From contig JAQGDQ010000068.1 in the NCBI GenBank assembly GCA_030141605.1, positions 248,001 through 312,000 of the forward strand: a stretch of 64,000 bases of DNA, given 5' to 3'. Shown here one piece after another: positions 30,801-43,556 of this stretch. Origin of the DNA: Tubiluchus corallicola (Eukaryota; Animalia; Priapulida). Within the stretch, counting starts at the first letter, position 1; each line of letters opens with the position of its first letter. The translations under genes and the position numbers were made by a program. The notes under the pieces are model-generated. The model was not told where the DNA came from. It saw only the letters and a program-made list of their open reading frames with translations, and did not search any database.

Positions 30801-32910
30801 AAAATTAAGACTTTAGATATGGGAAAAAAGTCGATAAATTGCTGAAAGTTCTTTTTTACAACATCATGACTGCAGGTGCCTGTTGTAAGTTTGTAAGGTT
30901 CCTTTAAGAAACTAGGTTTTTATTAGCTATCATTGCAGCTTCACTAGTCGCTAGAGTTATAGTAAATTAGTCAAGTAGGGCTATGCAGTGAGTCGTGTTT
31001 GCATAACCCCTTTCATGTAATTGGAACTGATGCATATAAGTCAAGGTGCAGGTTATTTACTTTGTACCCTGCATTCAAACTCCATACGTAATTCTGGATC
31101 CCATCCTGCGGGACTGAAAAAATAATTAGTACGTCCATAAACATTTTTGTGCTGTAACACACTGGTATAGAGTTGCAATTCCAAGGTAACTACTTTACTT
31201 AAACAGACCACAGACAAAATTTCAATTACATTTTATCAGCTACTCAAGTTCAAAAGCAGTTCAATCAAAAGAGATCGTGAGTCTAAATATTATACTTATT
31301 ATATATCATTCATTATAGGCCTATTACGTCTATTGTGGACACTGGGCAGGCTCTAATATAAAATAAACGTCTAAAATAAAAGAAATATGCCCTCAAGACT
31401 GGTAAACGCGGCAGTAATTCAGCAAAAAACTAGGCACTGCTATGACACTGTCAGCACCACTTCTGAAAAATTATGCTTGTTATAACACACTGGACATTGA
31501 AATTTATTTATAGTTGGGAATGTCAGTATAAAATTCAAGTGCCGCTTCATTGCAAGTTTTTTTCCAGTTGATATTCATCACTGATCGTTATTATAATTTA
31601 GTATTGAAACTTTTTGGCAAAAACTAATTTAAAATCGTTTTGATACTCGAGAAATAGACGTGACTACGCCAGCGGCCAGATGCTAGCTAGTTGTTTATCC
31701 ATTAGTTGAGCCATGTAAACTACGACTACGACAACAAAAGCTAAGGTGCACAATGTACACCAGCGAGTGCAGTGACCAGTGCATTGTATGTACTATGTTA
31801 ATTTTACCTGCGAAATTGTAATCCACCAAACACAGACAAAACGCCAAGTAAGTTAAACCAGAAAGATGCTTCCGCAGCAAAGTTTCCATCATCGATTCCT
31901 GCCAACAGCGCCCATTTTTATCAAGTCATTTTCAGTTGAAAATAAAACACTAAGCAGGTCCCATGCCGCCTTTCTCATGCACTCGCTGCCGTAGAAACTG
32001 CATTATGCGGCTTTTGATGCAGCTGTTGAAGCGCTAAATACGAATGGCTACGGTAATTTCGGTAAGACCCTAGCGATGGCGGCACCGTCCAATTGCTTTT
32101 GTGTGGTGGCTCCTGAATTCCAAGTTAACAAGTTTCGTTCAAGGAAGTTCCTAGCTTATATTCTCTATAGTTTGTTATTTCCTTTGTTTCGTTATAAACT
32201 ATTAGTCATACAAATACTCAATTATTTATCTTGTCTAAACTCCCATAAAAATATATAAGGCATTTAAAACAAAATGAAAATAAATATATATATTAGTTAA
32301 TTTATTTCGGCAAATTAATTATAGACAAGTGTGGATTAATAACTATTCTATCTTCAAAATAGGCCACATATTTGTTCATAACGTCTATACTTGAGAACAG
32401 ACATAAATTTATAGCACGTTAGTACTGACAATTAGCGATTTTAGGCATCTCGGGTGCACCCATATAAAATTCCAATAAGAACCTACTATTAACTTTAAAT
32501 TTATGAATGTATCGATATCATTTGTAATCTGGAATAGGGCCAATTTAGTAAAATTTAATATTTGTACATTATGAGTGTACGATACAATTAGGGAACAATT
32601 AAGGGGCAAACAATTAAGCGTTCTTTACTAGCAGGAGAATTGGCTCAAATTTTCATTTGTACATTCATTCATTAAGTCTTTTAATGTTATTGTTTAGTTG
32701 TTTCGTTTACTGCTTGTGATTGTCTTTTCACTGTTTGATGTTTTTAGAAGCTGGCAGGAGAAAAATGTTCGCAGGTACAATATGTTCTATCGTATAACGT
32801 CTGTGTCTGTCTTTGTCTATGACTAAAATTATAGTCATATTAGATTATAAGACTCGTTGTTGTTACTTGTCTTGTTTGCATGATATTGTCTCAAACACGA
32901 TTTTCTATTG

Positions 32911-33001
32911 ATGCGCACCATTGGATTTGAATACAGCGTCCTTACTTTTGCACTTAGTGCAGTCACTGTCACTGTCACGGCACTAGAGTCACAGACACAC
33001 G
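32911..33001 (+). CDS. Probable first coding exon (signal peptide) of the CTL-EGF gene
   Basis: In-frame stop upstream (32881); MRTIGFEYSVLTFALSAVTVTVTALESQTH then G|gtatat, phase 1, matching the next exon. Confidence 0.6.
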
Positions 33002-34176
33002 GTATATATATTACATGTCATAGAAGTAATATAAATTTTTATTCACGTTATTATTAGACAATTGACATCATCGTCTTTCAATCATTTAGTTCATTAGTTA
33101 GCATTTTCTTAGGCAGATAAACTTGCAGATTTACATTTTTATTAGTAATTTCCGGCAGCTAGTACCAAACTTCGCGCCTAAATAAATTTAGTACTAAAAC
33201 TTCGAACCAAAAACGGTAGACGTACCAATAGGCAATGGTATTTGTATTGTATTACCTGTAACGCATTGCAGTAAACTTTAATACTGATAATATTAATTAC
33301 GTAGTTATCTCTGACTATGGTGATTGAAATTCAGCTTGGCAAAACTGATAATGTTGTGGCGCTACCTATTGGCCAACATTTAAAATATATAGTTCAGGGT
33401 GCTAGTCAGCCAGTCGACTACGCATCAACTTTGCCCTTCCATAAAAACATAAAAAATACACCTAATTATTTCATTATGTCTTAGCTTACGTAAGCCCAAA
33501 TTGTATAGTGGCACGAGTTGAAAAAAGTGTTGAACGTAGTGGAAAATTCCATGACATCGGTCACATCAATGTTTCTAAGCACATGATCTCAAAGCGCTCA
33601 AAGGCCATTGTTAGTTTTCACAAGTTTTCTATTCATTGCAACATATTACAAAAGCGTTCATAGAATAAATGGAAAAGCACTAATTAATTAAATTCGTCTC
33701 TTGCGTCACTCCATGGGTATATAAACCGTGTTATTTTAGGCAGGGCTGATTTTCCTCACTTCATATTCCAGCTTTTAAGAAAAAGGTTTTGGCGGCATGG
33801 TCATAATTATATTCGCAACCCTTTGCTCCATAATAGCAACAGTACGGCAAGTATCAGGTTGGTTAAGTTGACTAATGTTTACTCTTTTTTGCATCTTGTT
33901 AACCATCTTATTCTTGATGTTGTTAGTGTCCAGTGTCGGACGAAGTTACTAAGCTATGCAAAAACAGAATCGCTTCGTGAAAAAAATCTCTCTCAGAACT
34001 TTGGCTCATCATATCCAAGGATCCAAGTTTCCAGATTTGTTTGGAAATCTGCTTGCATTCGAACATCACGCCTCCCTATCAAAATTTGCAAGTAATTGAC
34101 TTACTATAATGTATAGCACCAATGAATTTTGTTTTTCAAGTATAAAATATTTTTTGCTACCATGTATTTTTTTCAG

Positions 34177-34366
34177 GCGACTGTCCTTTGGGATACCAGT
34201 TGTACGCATTCGAGCATCCTGACTCTGCTAATCAAAGCTGCTACAAAGTTTACTCAAAACAAGTAATCAGGTTGGAGGCGAGGAGCACGTGTGAATCAGA
34301 GGGAGCAAGGCTAGTTGATATTCAATCACAGCAAGAAAATGCTTATTTGAGCACTTTAGTGCAAGG
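34177..34366 (+). CDS. CTL-EGF gene exon: C-type lectin domain 1, N-terminal half
   Basis: tttcag|GC...GG|gtgagt; DCPLGYQL...SCYKVYS...EARSTCESEGARLVDIQSQQENAYL. Confidence 0.9.
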
Positions 34367-34699
34367 GTGAGTTATGGACATTATTTGTAACTACCTAAAC
34401 AGTTCAGTGAAAAGGTTAGGTTTATTTTAGATTTCGATTTGTGTTTTATTAAAACATTTACAATCAAAATAATAAAGTAAAAAATTCAAATAAAAACAGT
34501 ACATAATAAATAAATAATGACACATACGATCCTGCTAACCGGAGCCGGAGTGTGTGGAAAAGACACACTCTTATGTGCAGCTGAAAACTATACAAATATA
34601 CTATTTTCAATCTAAGAATTACGCATGCTACATATTTTCTATTAAAACAAAAGAATCTACTAAGATCAACCGAGTTTGATTTGCTTCGATCCAAACTGT

Positions 34700-35900
34700 T
34701 TTGCATTGCTAGCAGTTACTAACGGCGAGACATTTACGTGTGATTGTAACGAGTTCCATGAAAAGAAATTGCAAAGCTATTTTTTGTAGTACGACGAACA
34801 AACACTTTGAGTGAGTGATTATTCTTAGTATGGTCTGTAATTGCTCTAATAAAGAAGTGTCAATATCCAGATCGACTGCTTCCTGAATGATATTGTAACA
34901 CATTACTAAATCGTTTGTGATACGCCTTTGTTCTACGGGCGCTAGACCTAATTAATAATTTAATCTTTCAATATATGATGCCGGGTTTTTATTAAATTTG
35001 CGGAAAACTCTACGAATGACATATCTTCTAGCTACTATCATGTCAACATTACCGAGCTGTTGAGGAGGCCACGCTACAGGAAAACATTCCATAATCGGTC
35101 GAATGTAAATTTTGTACGCTGTTAAAATAACGTTGCTATTTATTGTTGCGAACATACGAAAAATCATTATAATAATTTCACTGGCTTTCTCGACACAATG
35201 TGCTTTGGATTTGAGGTTATTTTGATATTGTCACACCTAAGCCACGAATCTTGGGCACACCTTCAAAAAGTGTCTCAGGCACAGTGTATTTGTTTAAAAG
35301 ATTTTTCTACCCTACATGAATTACACTACACTGTTAATTGAAATTTTTAGTTGTCAAACCTTAGTCCATTTTACAATATTATCAATCAATTATTAACCCA
35401 TCTAAAGGATATACACTGATACAATATTGCATCTTCCTCAAATAGTTTCAATCAAATTTAATATTACAAGACCCGCTTCTGTTGATACGTCACTTATATG
35501 CAATAAAAACATAAGCGGTGCTAATTTGGAGCCTTGAGTTGTGCCTGATATGATATTCACATAAATAGAGCAAATATCACCATTGACGAGGCACTGTTTT
35601 CTGCCACCCCAACAAGAAAGTCATCCACTGTAAAAGCTATTTCTCTATTTCTGAAGATTGAAGTTTAGCTACTCTCCTGCGACTCGCTGAATCGAAAGCT
35701 TTCTGAAGGTCTATATATAAACTACAACGAAACTTTAACCAGCCCAATTCGTCTTCATTCCAATCATACAAAATCTCTAACAGTTGCGTGCTAGTAGATT
35801 TTTCGGACGGGAAGCCATGTTAATTCATTTATTAATAGCAATTATTGTCTCCATGATTTACACCCTACATTGATAAGAAAGACCAGGCGAGATGGCCTGA
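34700..35900 (-). mobile_element. Degenerate CR1-group LINE reverse-transcriptase remnant in intron (boundaries approximate)
   Basis: Broken minus-strand frames give LYIDLQKAFD (~35700), ISGTTQGSKLAPL (~35530) and ILTAYKIYIRPIMECFPVAWPP (ORF 34952..35167); stops and frameshifts in between. Confidence 0.8.
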
Positions 35901-36348
35901 AAAAAATTATTCCGCATTTGAGAATAAAACAGAGGTCTTTTGCATTGAGTAGCTGTGCCGGCCACTATGCCAAACAAAACATTCAATTTCCAGGGCTCAC
36001 ATAAAAATGTTGTATAAATGATGAAAAATATGCAAAAAAACTAAGAAATATTAACGGCGTGCATTATTAAATATACTGGTTCCGTTGCCAAAAATAAAAA
36101 TATACAGTACATATTAGACACAGTGTTGTATGTTTCTCCGCTTGCTGCTCGAAATACGAAGGAAAAATAGAATTAAAAATATAATCAAATGTTTTATTTT
36201 ATGATACTATACTTTGGCTTTTACTATGCATTACTTAACACATTGCAGTGCATTACTGGCGAATCTTGATAAGATAATAAATGTGTCGCTATTAATAATC
36301 AGTTTAGTTGTTCTATTACCCTCCTAAAATACTTAAAACAATTTTCAG

Positions 36349-36548
36349 AGGTAGTTACTGGATCGGATTGATGAACATAAACGGAATTTATGTCTGGGAC
36401 ATTGGGACAGAATTGTCTGAGTGGACCGCGTGGGATCAAGAAACCTCTATAGTAAAGCGCTCGGGTAGTGTATCTTGGGCATATTCAAGTTCAGGTTCAA
36501 AATCGACAGCTGAGTCGTCGGCAAGCTCAAGTTTATCTACCAGTTCAG
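36349..36548 (+). CDS. CTL-EGF gene exon: CTL1 WIGL region plus Ser-rich insertion
   Basis: tttcag|A...TCAG|gtaacg, phase 2-1; GSYWIGLMNINGIYVWDIG...W...SSSGSKSTAESSASSSLSTSS. Confidence 0.85.
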
Positions 36549-36929
36549 GTAACGTTTTTCTCTTTATGGTAAAGAAAGCTTTAGCATAATGAAACGAAAT
36601 CTGTTTATTTTGTTCAGTTACAGTTTGAATAAAAATGTTGTAGATTTACTGTTGTAAATAAACAGTTTTATGTGACGGCATCAGGTCGTGACACAATAGT
36701 TACTCAGCCAACATAATTACAGTATTGATGACTGAACGTTCTCTTATCAAAGCAGCAAATAAATCAGATTCTGTCATTTTGAAGTTGCTCTGTGAGCTGG
36801 TAATTTTCATGTTTTGCCACGACCAGTTTTATTTCATTTACTGTGTATTGCCGTATCGTACAGTATTGTATTTCGCAAAGCTTTTATGTGTACATCCTTT
36901 TCGAAATAAATTATATTTCTTAATTACTT

Positions 36930-37525
36930 GCTCACGCACTCACTCACTCACTCTCTCACTCACTCACTCACTCACTCACTAACTTATTTACTTACTTAAC
37001 TTACGTACTTAGTCACTTAAAATTTACACGCTTACATACTTCTTTAGGTAGGCTAATTATGTACTTACTGACTGACTAATTGACTTATTTTCTTATTTGT
37101 TACTTATCTCCCTATTTACATATCAACAAACCTATTTACCTACCTACCTTCTTACCTGCCTACCTATCTACCTACCTACCTACCTACCTACCAACCTACC
37201 AACCTACCTACCTACCTACCTACCTAACTGCCTACCTACCTGTCTGCCTACCTACCTACCTACTTACCTACTACCTAATTACCTACCTATCAATCTACTT
37301 GCCTATGTACCAGCCTACCTAGGTATTTATCTACTTGGCTGTCTACTTTCTTGATTGCTTGCTTGCTTACCTACTTACTTACTTGCTTGCTTATTACCTT
37401 ACTACTTCCTTGCTCGCTTACTGGCTCACTCGCTCACTCACTCACTCACTCACTCACTCACTCACTCACTCACTCACTCACTCACTCACTCACTCACTCA
37501 CTCACTCACTCACTCACTCACTCAC
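36930..37525. repeat. Compound tetranucleotide microsatellites (ACTC)n/(ACCT)n/(ACTT)n
   Basis: Directly visible; source of LTHS/LPTY ORFs. Confidence 0.95.
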
Positions 37526-37638
37526 TGTATATATCTGTTTGGTTGGTTGTTTGCTTACTCATAGTTCATACAAACTAGTGTAGCAAAATTACATGACTAA
37601 TTCAAATTAACCAAAAAACAATAATTTTGTTTAAAAAG

Positions 37639-37761
37639 ATCGTGTCGACAAAGACTGCGTGAGCATACAAACGAGCGAGAAGTTGCAGTGGGAACCCACT
37701 TCTTGTGAGGAAAAGGTCCTTGGAATATGTGAAAGAGCAGCTACAACAACACCGATAACAG
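37639..37761 (+). CDS. CTL-EGF gene exon: CTL1 C-terminal part
   Basis: aag|AT, phase 1; DRVDKDCVSIQTSEKLQWEPTSCEEKVLGICERAATTTPIT; 3' boundary inferred at a GC donor AG|gcgagc. Confidence 0.8.
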
Positions 37762-38108
37762 GCGAGCCTATACATTCATATACATACCAATTTATAAAAA
37801 AACTTGCAACACAAAAATTACGTTTTGCTTTCAGATAATTTCATGTAGTTCCTATAATGGATCGCCTCGTAAGTCACTTTGCCATTACCAATGCCCATTT
37901 TGAACTAAAACATGAAACATTGTATTATGAATTTATTCATCCAATTATATTTATACAATGAATTGTAATATTTATTTTCATCCTTCAAATAAAAATATTT
38001 CACTAGGCCTAACACGTTTAAGCTAATAAACGTTATGTCTGCAATGACAACCTATAAAGCAGAACATAGCTTGAAGCTCATTACGTAAGACTTAGTGTTT
38101 TATTTTAG

Positions 38109-38337
38109 ATGCACAGAAATGGGAGTGTCCAAAAAGCTGGACGCCATATCCGGTAGAGAACCCGGTAACCTGCCTTCTGGTAGTTACATCAAGTTCTCTA
38201 AATATGAGAAGTCAACGATTTGGCTCGTGCATGAATTTGTCATACACTAGTGGTTTTAAAGCTGATCTGGCTAAACTCGACACTGAAGACAAAATGAACT
38301 ATGCAGGACAGCTTATGGACAATAATGATATTTCAAA
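38109..38337 (+). CDS. CTL-EGF gene exon: CTL2 N-terminal half
   Basis: ttttag|AT...AA|gtatat, phase 1-2; WECPKSWTPYP...TCLLVV...SCMNL...ADLAKLDTEDKMNY. Confidence 0.82.
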
Positions 38338-39203
38338 GTATATATTAATTTAATAACTTTTAGTATACGTAACTAATTATACATAATTAAGTGGAAAAAT
38401 TAGGAAATGGTATCTGTTAAGGTCTACGTGAATTATTGTAAAAATATTTCAAAATTAAAACAAAACGAAGGATAAGTGTCATTTAACAGTAGAGTTAAAT
38501 CCTAACAAACGAAACCACAGGGTTACTTTTGAGGCAGTGTTAGTAGCTAAGTGGTCTTAAGCATGTGCTTAGCGACCGAAGCTAAACAAGCCGTGGCTAG
38601 TCAATGAGTGAATGGGCACCGTACTGATTCTGGCTTTTTGCCTCGTTATATGCATGCACGTCCGAACGTGGTTAAATACCTCAACCAGTTCAGTTTGTCA
38701 TTTTAGAAGTTTAGCATTGACGATGAGCTAGTCCAGTCTCGGAACATTGATTGGGCCTTGCCGTTGAATGCTGGATTTTGCTTCTATAAAGTGTATAAAA
38801 AAGTCTATTACGCTGTACAAAGATATAAAAAGCCGATTATGAAATACGAAGACACAATTATTCGAAGACACACGCATTTCATTTTCCAAAATACATGTAG
38901 TTTATTTTTATTTATTTATTTGTTATTTACACCCAATAGTAAAATACAGTCTACAATAAAAACAATATAATAGTGCTATTAAATTGAACTTTTATTCACA
39001 TCCAGCACCGCCACTGATTTAGGTTAAGGTCAGTGAAAAAGATGCTAAGTATTATATATATTATACATAGTCGTACCAATTACCGACGTAGCGTAACAAT
39101 GCTGCTGTTACTCAGGTCTTATGCTACTTCTTTTTGATTCGATTTTTCTGCCTTTAATTACCACTATAATTATGAAACTTAACAACATCATTAATTTTCT
39201 CAG

Positions 39204-39406
39204 GGCATGGATAGGACTCGAATTTTTTGAAGACACGTGGACTCATTCACTAGACGGTTCGTGGAATGGCTGGAACGGAGGCATTCCAGACAACTCGAAG
39301 AGATGTGTCATACTTACAAAAATTTATTTAAGAAACTATACGTTTCAAAGCCGAGCATGTTCTGAGAACAACTACGCAATCTGTGAACTGCAATTAGGAC
39401 AGTCAG
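39204..39406 (+). CDS. CTL-EGF gene exon: CTL2 C-terminal half
   Basis: ctcag|G...TCAG|gtgagt, phase 2-1; AWIGLEF...WNGGIPDNSKRCVIL...RACSENNYAICE. Confidence 0.88.
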
Positions 39407-39547
39407 GTGAGTGTACGATCGACCCTGTTGATACCGTCTAAATTCTTCGTGCAAAATGGGTTAAGAGTGCAAAAAGAATTATTAAATTACTGAATTGCAC
39501 CTTTTTTTTTCTTGCATGTAGATTGCATTTTGTGTTTGTGTTATAAT

Positions 39548-39896
39548 CAGGGCCGGATTATGACATTTTGGGGCCCTAGGCTTATTAGATTATGGCGCCC
39601 CGTCAGACAATGCCAGCCTGTAATTTGCTGGCACTCGCCTTAAATATATTACTTGTGAAATATTTCAGCAACATTTACGTAGCCCCATATTTCAAATGAA
39701 GGGCTTCAAAGAGGGGCCCTTATCTCAAATGAAGAGCCACGTTGCAATTGTATTTTTAGACTTTCTACCCTACTTTTTCAAAATTGCTATGTTATTTAAG
39801 TTATATGAATTATTCAGCAATGCAAATCATGGGACCCCCAAGCTTGAGGTGCGCTAGGCTGCGGCCCATACTAACCTATAGGGTATTCCAGCCCTG
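39548..39896. mobile_element. Non-autonomous DNA transposon (MITE), hAT-like
   Basis: Termini CAGGGCCGGA...TCCAGCCCTG are inverted repeats; flanks GTTATAAT and GTTACAAT match 7/8, consistent with the 8-bp target duplication of hAT elements. Confidence 0.75.
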
Positions 39897-39968
39897 GTTA
39901 CAATTATGATTTTCGGCAACCAGCTAGGGAACAGTCTCCACATAGTGTTCTTTTTTCATTTTTGCCAG

Positions 39969-40146
39969 TTCTGCTATCTTGTAACGAAGAGGAAGACTAT
40001 GCATTCGGAAACTGCTATTCCAAGCCTACATTTGTGACTCCAAAATCTTACGAAGAAGCCGAGAATGACTGCTTTAATATCGGAACAAGCATTCACACCA
40101 TGAGGAATAGAAGCGTACTTAAAATGTTCAAATGGAAATCTGAAAA
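39969..40146 (+). CDS. CTL-EGF gene exon: CTL3 N-terminal half
   Basis: tgccag|TT...AA|gtaagg, phase 1-2; LSCNEEEDYAFGNCYSKP...KSYEEAENDC. Confidence 0.85.
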
Positions 40147-40391
40147 GTAAGGTGGCCGATAATTTAAATTTGACATTAGATTATTTCAGGTTTCTATTAA
40201 TAAAATGGTATAAACAGGATGAAAGACGAAAAGTCTCACAAAGGGCCAAGACGTGCTAAAACTAATAAAATACAACTGGCAAATACTATTAAAAAGTACA
40301 AATGTTATGAAAAAATGGTGAAAATTAAAAGTAGATGTTTTTAGTCAGTCCGGGTCAGACAATTAAAAAACGAGATTTATAAAATACATAA

Positions 40392-40640
40392 GACCACACG
40401 GTTTAGTCCAGTGGTAACGCGTCCGTTTTCCGTCTGGGAGGCCGTGAATTCGATACTGTGGCCGGGTCATACCAGAGACTTTAAAAACGGTAGCTGCTGT
40501 TGCCCTGCCAGGCGTATGGTATTTAGGGCAAATGTGGGGCAATAATAGTCTCTGTTATGTAGTTGTAGATTTGTTATTTACCATCGGCGAAAAAAGCTCT
40601 TTGAGTTTATGTTAATTGTTAATCCAAAAGCCGACTTTAA
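40392..40640 (+). mobile_element. tRNA-derived SINE copy
   Basis: Pol III A-box-like TAGTCCAGTGG and B-box-like GAATTCGATAC, then GGGTCATACCAGAGACTTTAAAAACGGTAGCTGCTGTTGCCCTGC; followed by a (TTA)n tract. 3' boundary approximate. Confidence 0.7.
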
Positions 40641-40646
40641 ACAAAG

Positions 40647-40858
<212 letters not shown>

Positions 40859-41428
40859 CAGATCAGTTTTCAATATTTCGCACAGTCGAATTTACGCTAT
40901 CAACGGTTCGCTCTATTTTTCTGAATTACTTTCAAATACGATGCATCGTTAACACATGTATGACTTGCTCGAGTGCAGTATGCCTAGTTAACTATGTATT
41001 TTACGCAGTACAGTGGATGGAAATACTGCAAAACACGTAAAATACTGTAAAAATCAGCAAAGCAATTCTTAAATTTTCCAAGACTATTAAAGCGAATTAA
41101 AAATAATCTGGTCAGTGAGACTTACCCATTTTATAGCATTGATGTTGTTATAAAAGGTAGTAACCTCCTTGTAATCAAATGCTTATATGGTCTAACGGTT
41201 ATGATGACGTAACCCAAAGGACACCAGTTCTTGCCCAGGCTGTGTTCCAACTTTTCATATTTTTATTTCAAAAATTTATTGAATGCTTTTCAATGACTAA
41301 GAGGTAGTCAATCTTGAAACTAAGGTGATTAACCAATTAGTCAATTACAGCTGGGTTATCCATCATGATGTTGGCATTTCTTAGTTTATATCAAGGCAGC
41401 AATTTACAAATTTTACTTTTAATTTTAG

Positions 41429-41742
41429 CTCAAATCTGAAAATTTGGCTGGCGCTTCAATACGATGACAAAGATGGCCAATATAGGTGGACAAATAATAG
41501 AAGCAACTCCATGGATGTTGTTGGTCAATATAATGCTTCTATAAATGCTTTTAACTGGGCCCAGTGGACAAACTGGAAAAGTGAGCCAGTGATGACTGGA
41601 CTGGGTAATGTGTTAGACGTGGATAAAGACTGCACCTACATGCATCGTGCAGACGAATCAAAGCAGTATCAATGGTACCGAGATCAATGCAACCAGAAAA
41701 CACGTTCATTCGTATGCGAAACGACAGTTGTTTCAGAAAAAG
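41429..41742 (+). CDS. CTL-EGF gene exon: CTL3 C-terminal half
   Basis: ttttag|C...AAAG|gtattc, phase 2-1; KIWLALQYDDKDGQYRWTN...WTNWKSEP...KDCTYM...WYRDQCNQKTRSFVCE. Confidence 0.88.
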
Positions 41743-42349
41743 GTATTCTTGTCTACCAATACACAGCATTTTGTTGTAATACATTGATTAACAGTATTTT
41801 TTGTAATAGTGGACATGTGGCAAAATTTATTATCAAATACGTCACTAGTAATTTTGTGTAATCGTACTTTCATAATGGGCGTATGAAATTTTGCCTTGTT
41901 TCCCAGATAATTTAAAGGACAGATGTATTAAATGTATGAAGGCACAATGTATGTAGGCAAAACATTTATAGAACGTCAGCGTAATTCCGAATTCTTTGTA
42001 CTTTTTTCCCTACGTAACACCTTCTATAAGGGATGGTGCAAATAGTGGATCCAATGATATAGTGTATTGGAGATTCTGTCTCCAGCTTTCGAAGATATTC
42101 ACGGTTTCAGTTTTGTTTAGGAGCCATTCGCATCGCCATTGGAGCATGTAGATAGCTAGTTGTCTTCTGAAGTTTTATTCCAATGCTGTTACCAGTGAAG
42201 GCACGATAAAAAGGCAAACCTATATACAAAAAAATCCGAAGCTCCTTTTTCTTCTTCTTCAAAATCTCATTCCATCTATTGTAGACATTGAGGCATCAAC
42301 ATTTATTAGAGTTCATTATTATAATAGTATAATATGTATAATAGTATAA

Positions 42350-42366
42350 ATAAATAAATAAATAAA

Positions 42367-42427
<61 letters not shown>

Positions 42428-42770
42428 TATTCCACCCATATCTATCTGCAACTACAAGCGTAAGTTCTTCTACTCCTAAAGATAGATTTCGTTGAAGTTG
42501 CTGAACATCTTTATTTATCTTAGTTATCCAAGTTGTTTTTGGTTTTCCGGCTAGGTTCTAAGGCTTCATTTAAGGCGATTCTTACTGGTGCTTCGCTTGG
42601 TAATCTTAGAAGATGCCCTAGTCATCTTAGTCTTCGGATTTTGACTTTTGAACACCAAATAATTTCTTTCGCTCTAGTGTACATATATTCATTTTCAATT
42701 ATGTAAGGCCATCTTGTCTTTAAAACTTTCTTTGAAGCGAAGCTCCCAATACTTTGAAGCCATTCTAAGC
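42350..42770 (-). mobile_element. Degenerate 3' end of an RTE-like non-LTR retrotransposon with microsatellite tail
   Basis: Minus-strand translation KVLKTRWPYIIENEYMY...KVKIRRLR*LGHLLRLPSEAPVRIAL matches the RTE-type C-terminal RRLRWLGHxxR motif, with W->stop; ends in (TC)n(TA)n(TTTA)n. Confidence 0.72.
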
Positions 42771-43442
42771 AATATAGGAAATCTTTTTAAAATAAAGTGT
42801 TTACAAACTGATGTAGAGATTTTAACGACATTTGTCCGACCTTGGCTAAATGTGGAGCATGTGAAACGAATCCAAATTACACACTACTTGTAGCAGAGCC
42901 TGAAATCTATTCACAGTCAAAAATGCACCACGTAAGTTGTCACTTTACCTTTCAAGAGAGGTCTTCATTGACTCGTGAGCACATGAACATTTTTTGTAAA
43001 TAACGTCAAGCAGAGCTACAGTCCTAAAAGCCTTATTTAGTTCAATTAGGAAAGTCGTCAAGGTGTCAGTGGCATTAATCATTAACAGGGCCAAGCAAAT
43101 ATTTTAAAATAATATCAAGAATGAAAATTAACTACATGTAGCATTCCAAATGCTAATTAGACGCTTGATGTTCACTTGAGCACTTCACGTAGGCTTTCTG
43201 ATGCTGCTTCGTGCTGATTACTATGAACCACATGAACAAAACGAACCATCAATCATGCGCAAATATTCCAAATAGCTGTGTTTATACGCAACGTTACTAT
43301 GCAACATAGTAAAACAATGGGTTTTTAATTAGGCATATACTAAAACAATAAAACAATATTCCGGGTGCGTAATTATCACATTTCAATTTGGGTCAAACAT
43401 TGTGCTAGTCTTGTTTTTTCGTCTTGTTTTTTTCACTTCTAG

Positions 43443-43556
43443 AAAACAACTTCTGTGCTAATAATCCTTGCAAAAATGGAGGGACATGTTCTGATTTGCC
43501 AAAAACTTTCAATTGCTCATGTGCTCGTGGATGGGCTGGCTTAGACTGCACCGAAG
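43443..43556 (+). CDS. CTL-EGF gene exon: single EGF domain
   Basis: ttctag|AA...GAAG|gtacag, phase 1-1; NFCANNPCKNGGTCSDLPKTFNCSCARGWAGLDC. Confidence 0.92.

Noticed and set aside
40392-40465. Functional tRNA gene
   Set aside because: A/B boxes are degenerate, no clean cloverleaf, and it continues into a SINE-like body.
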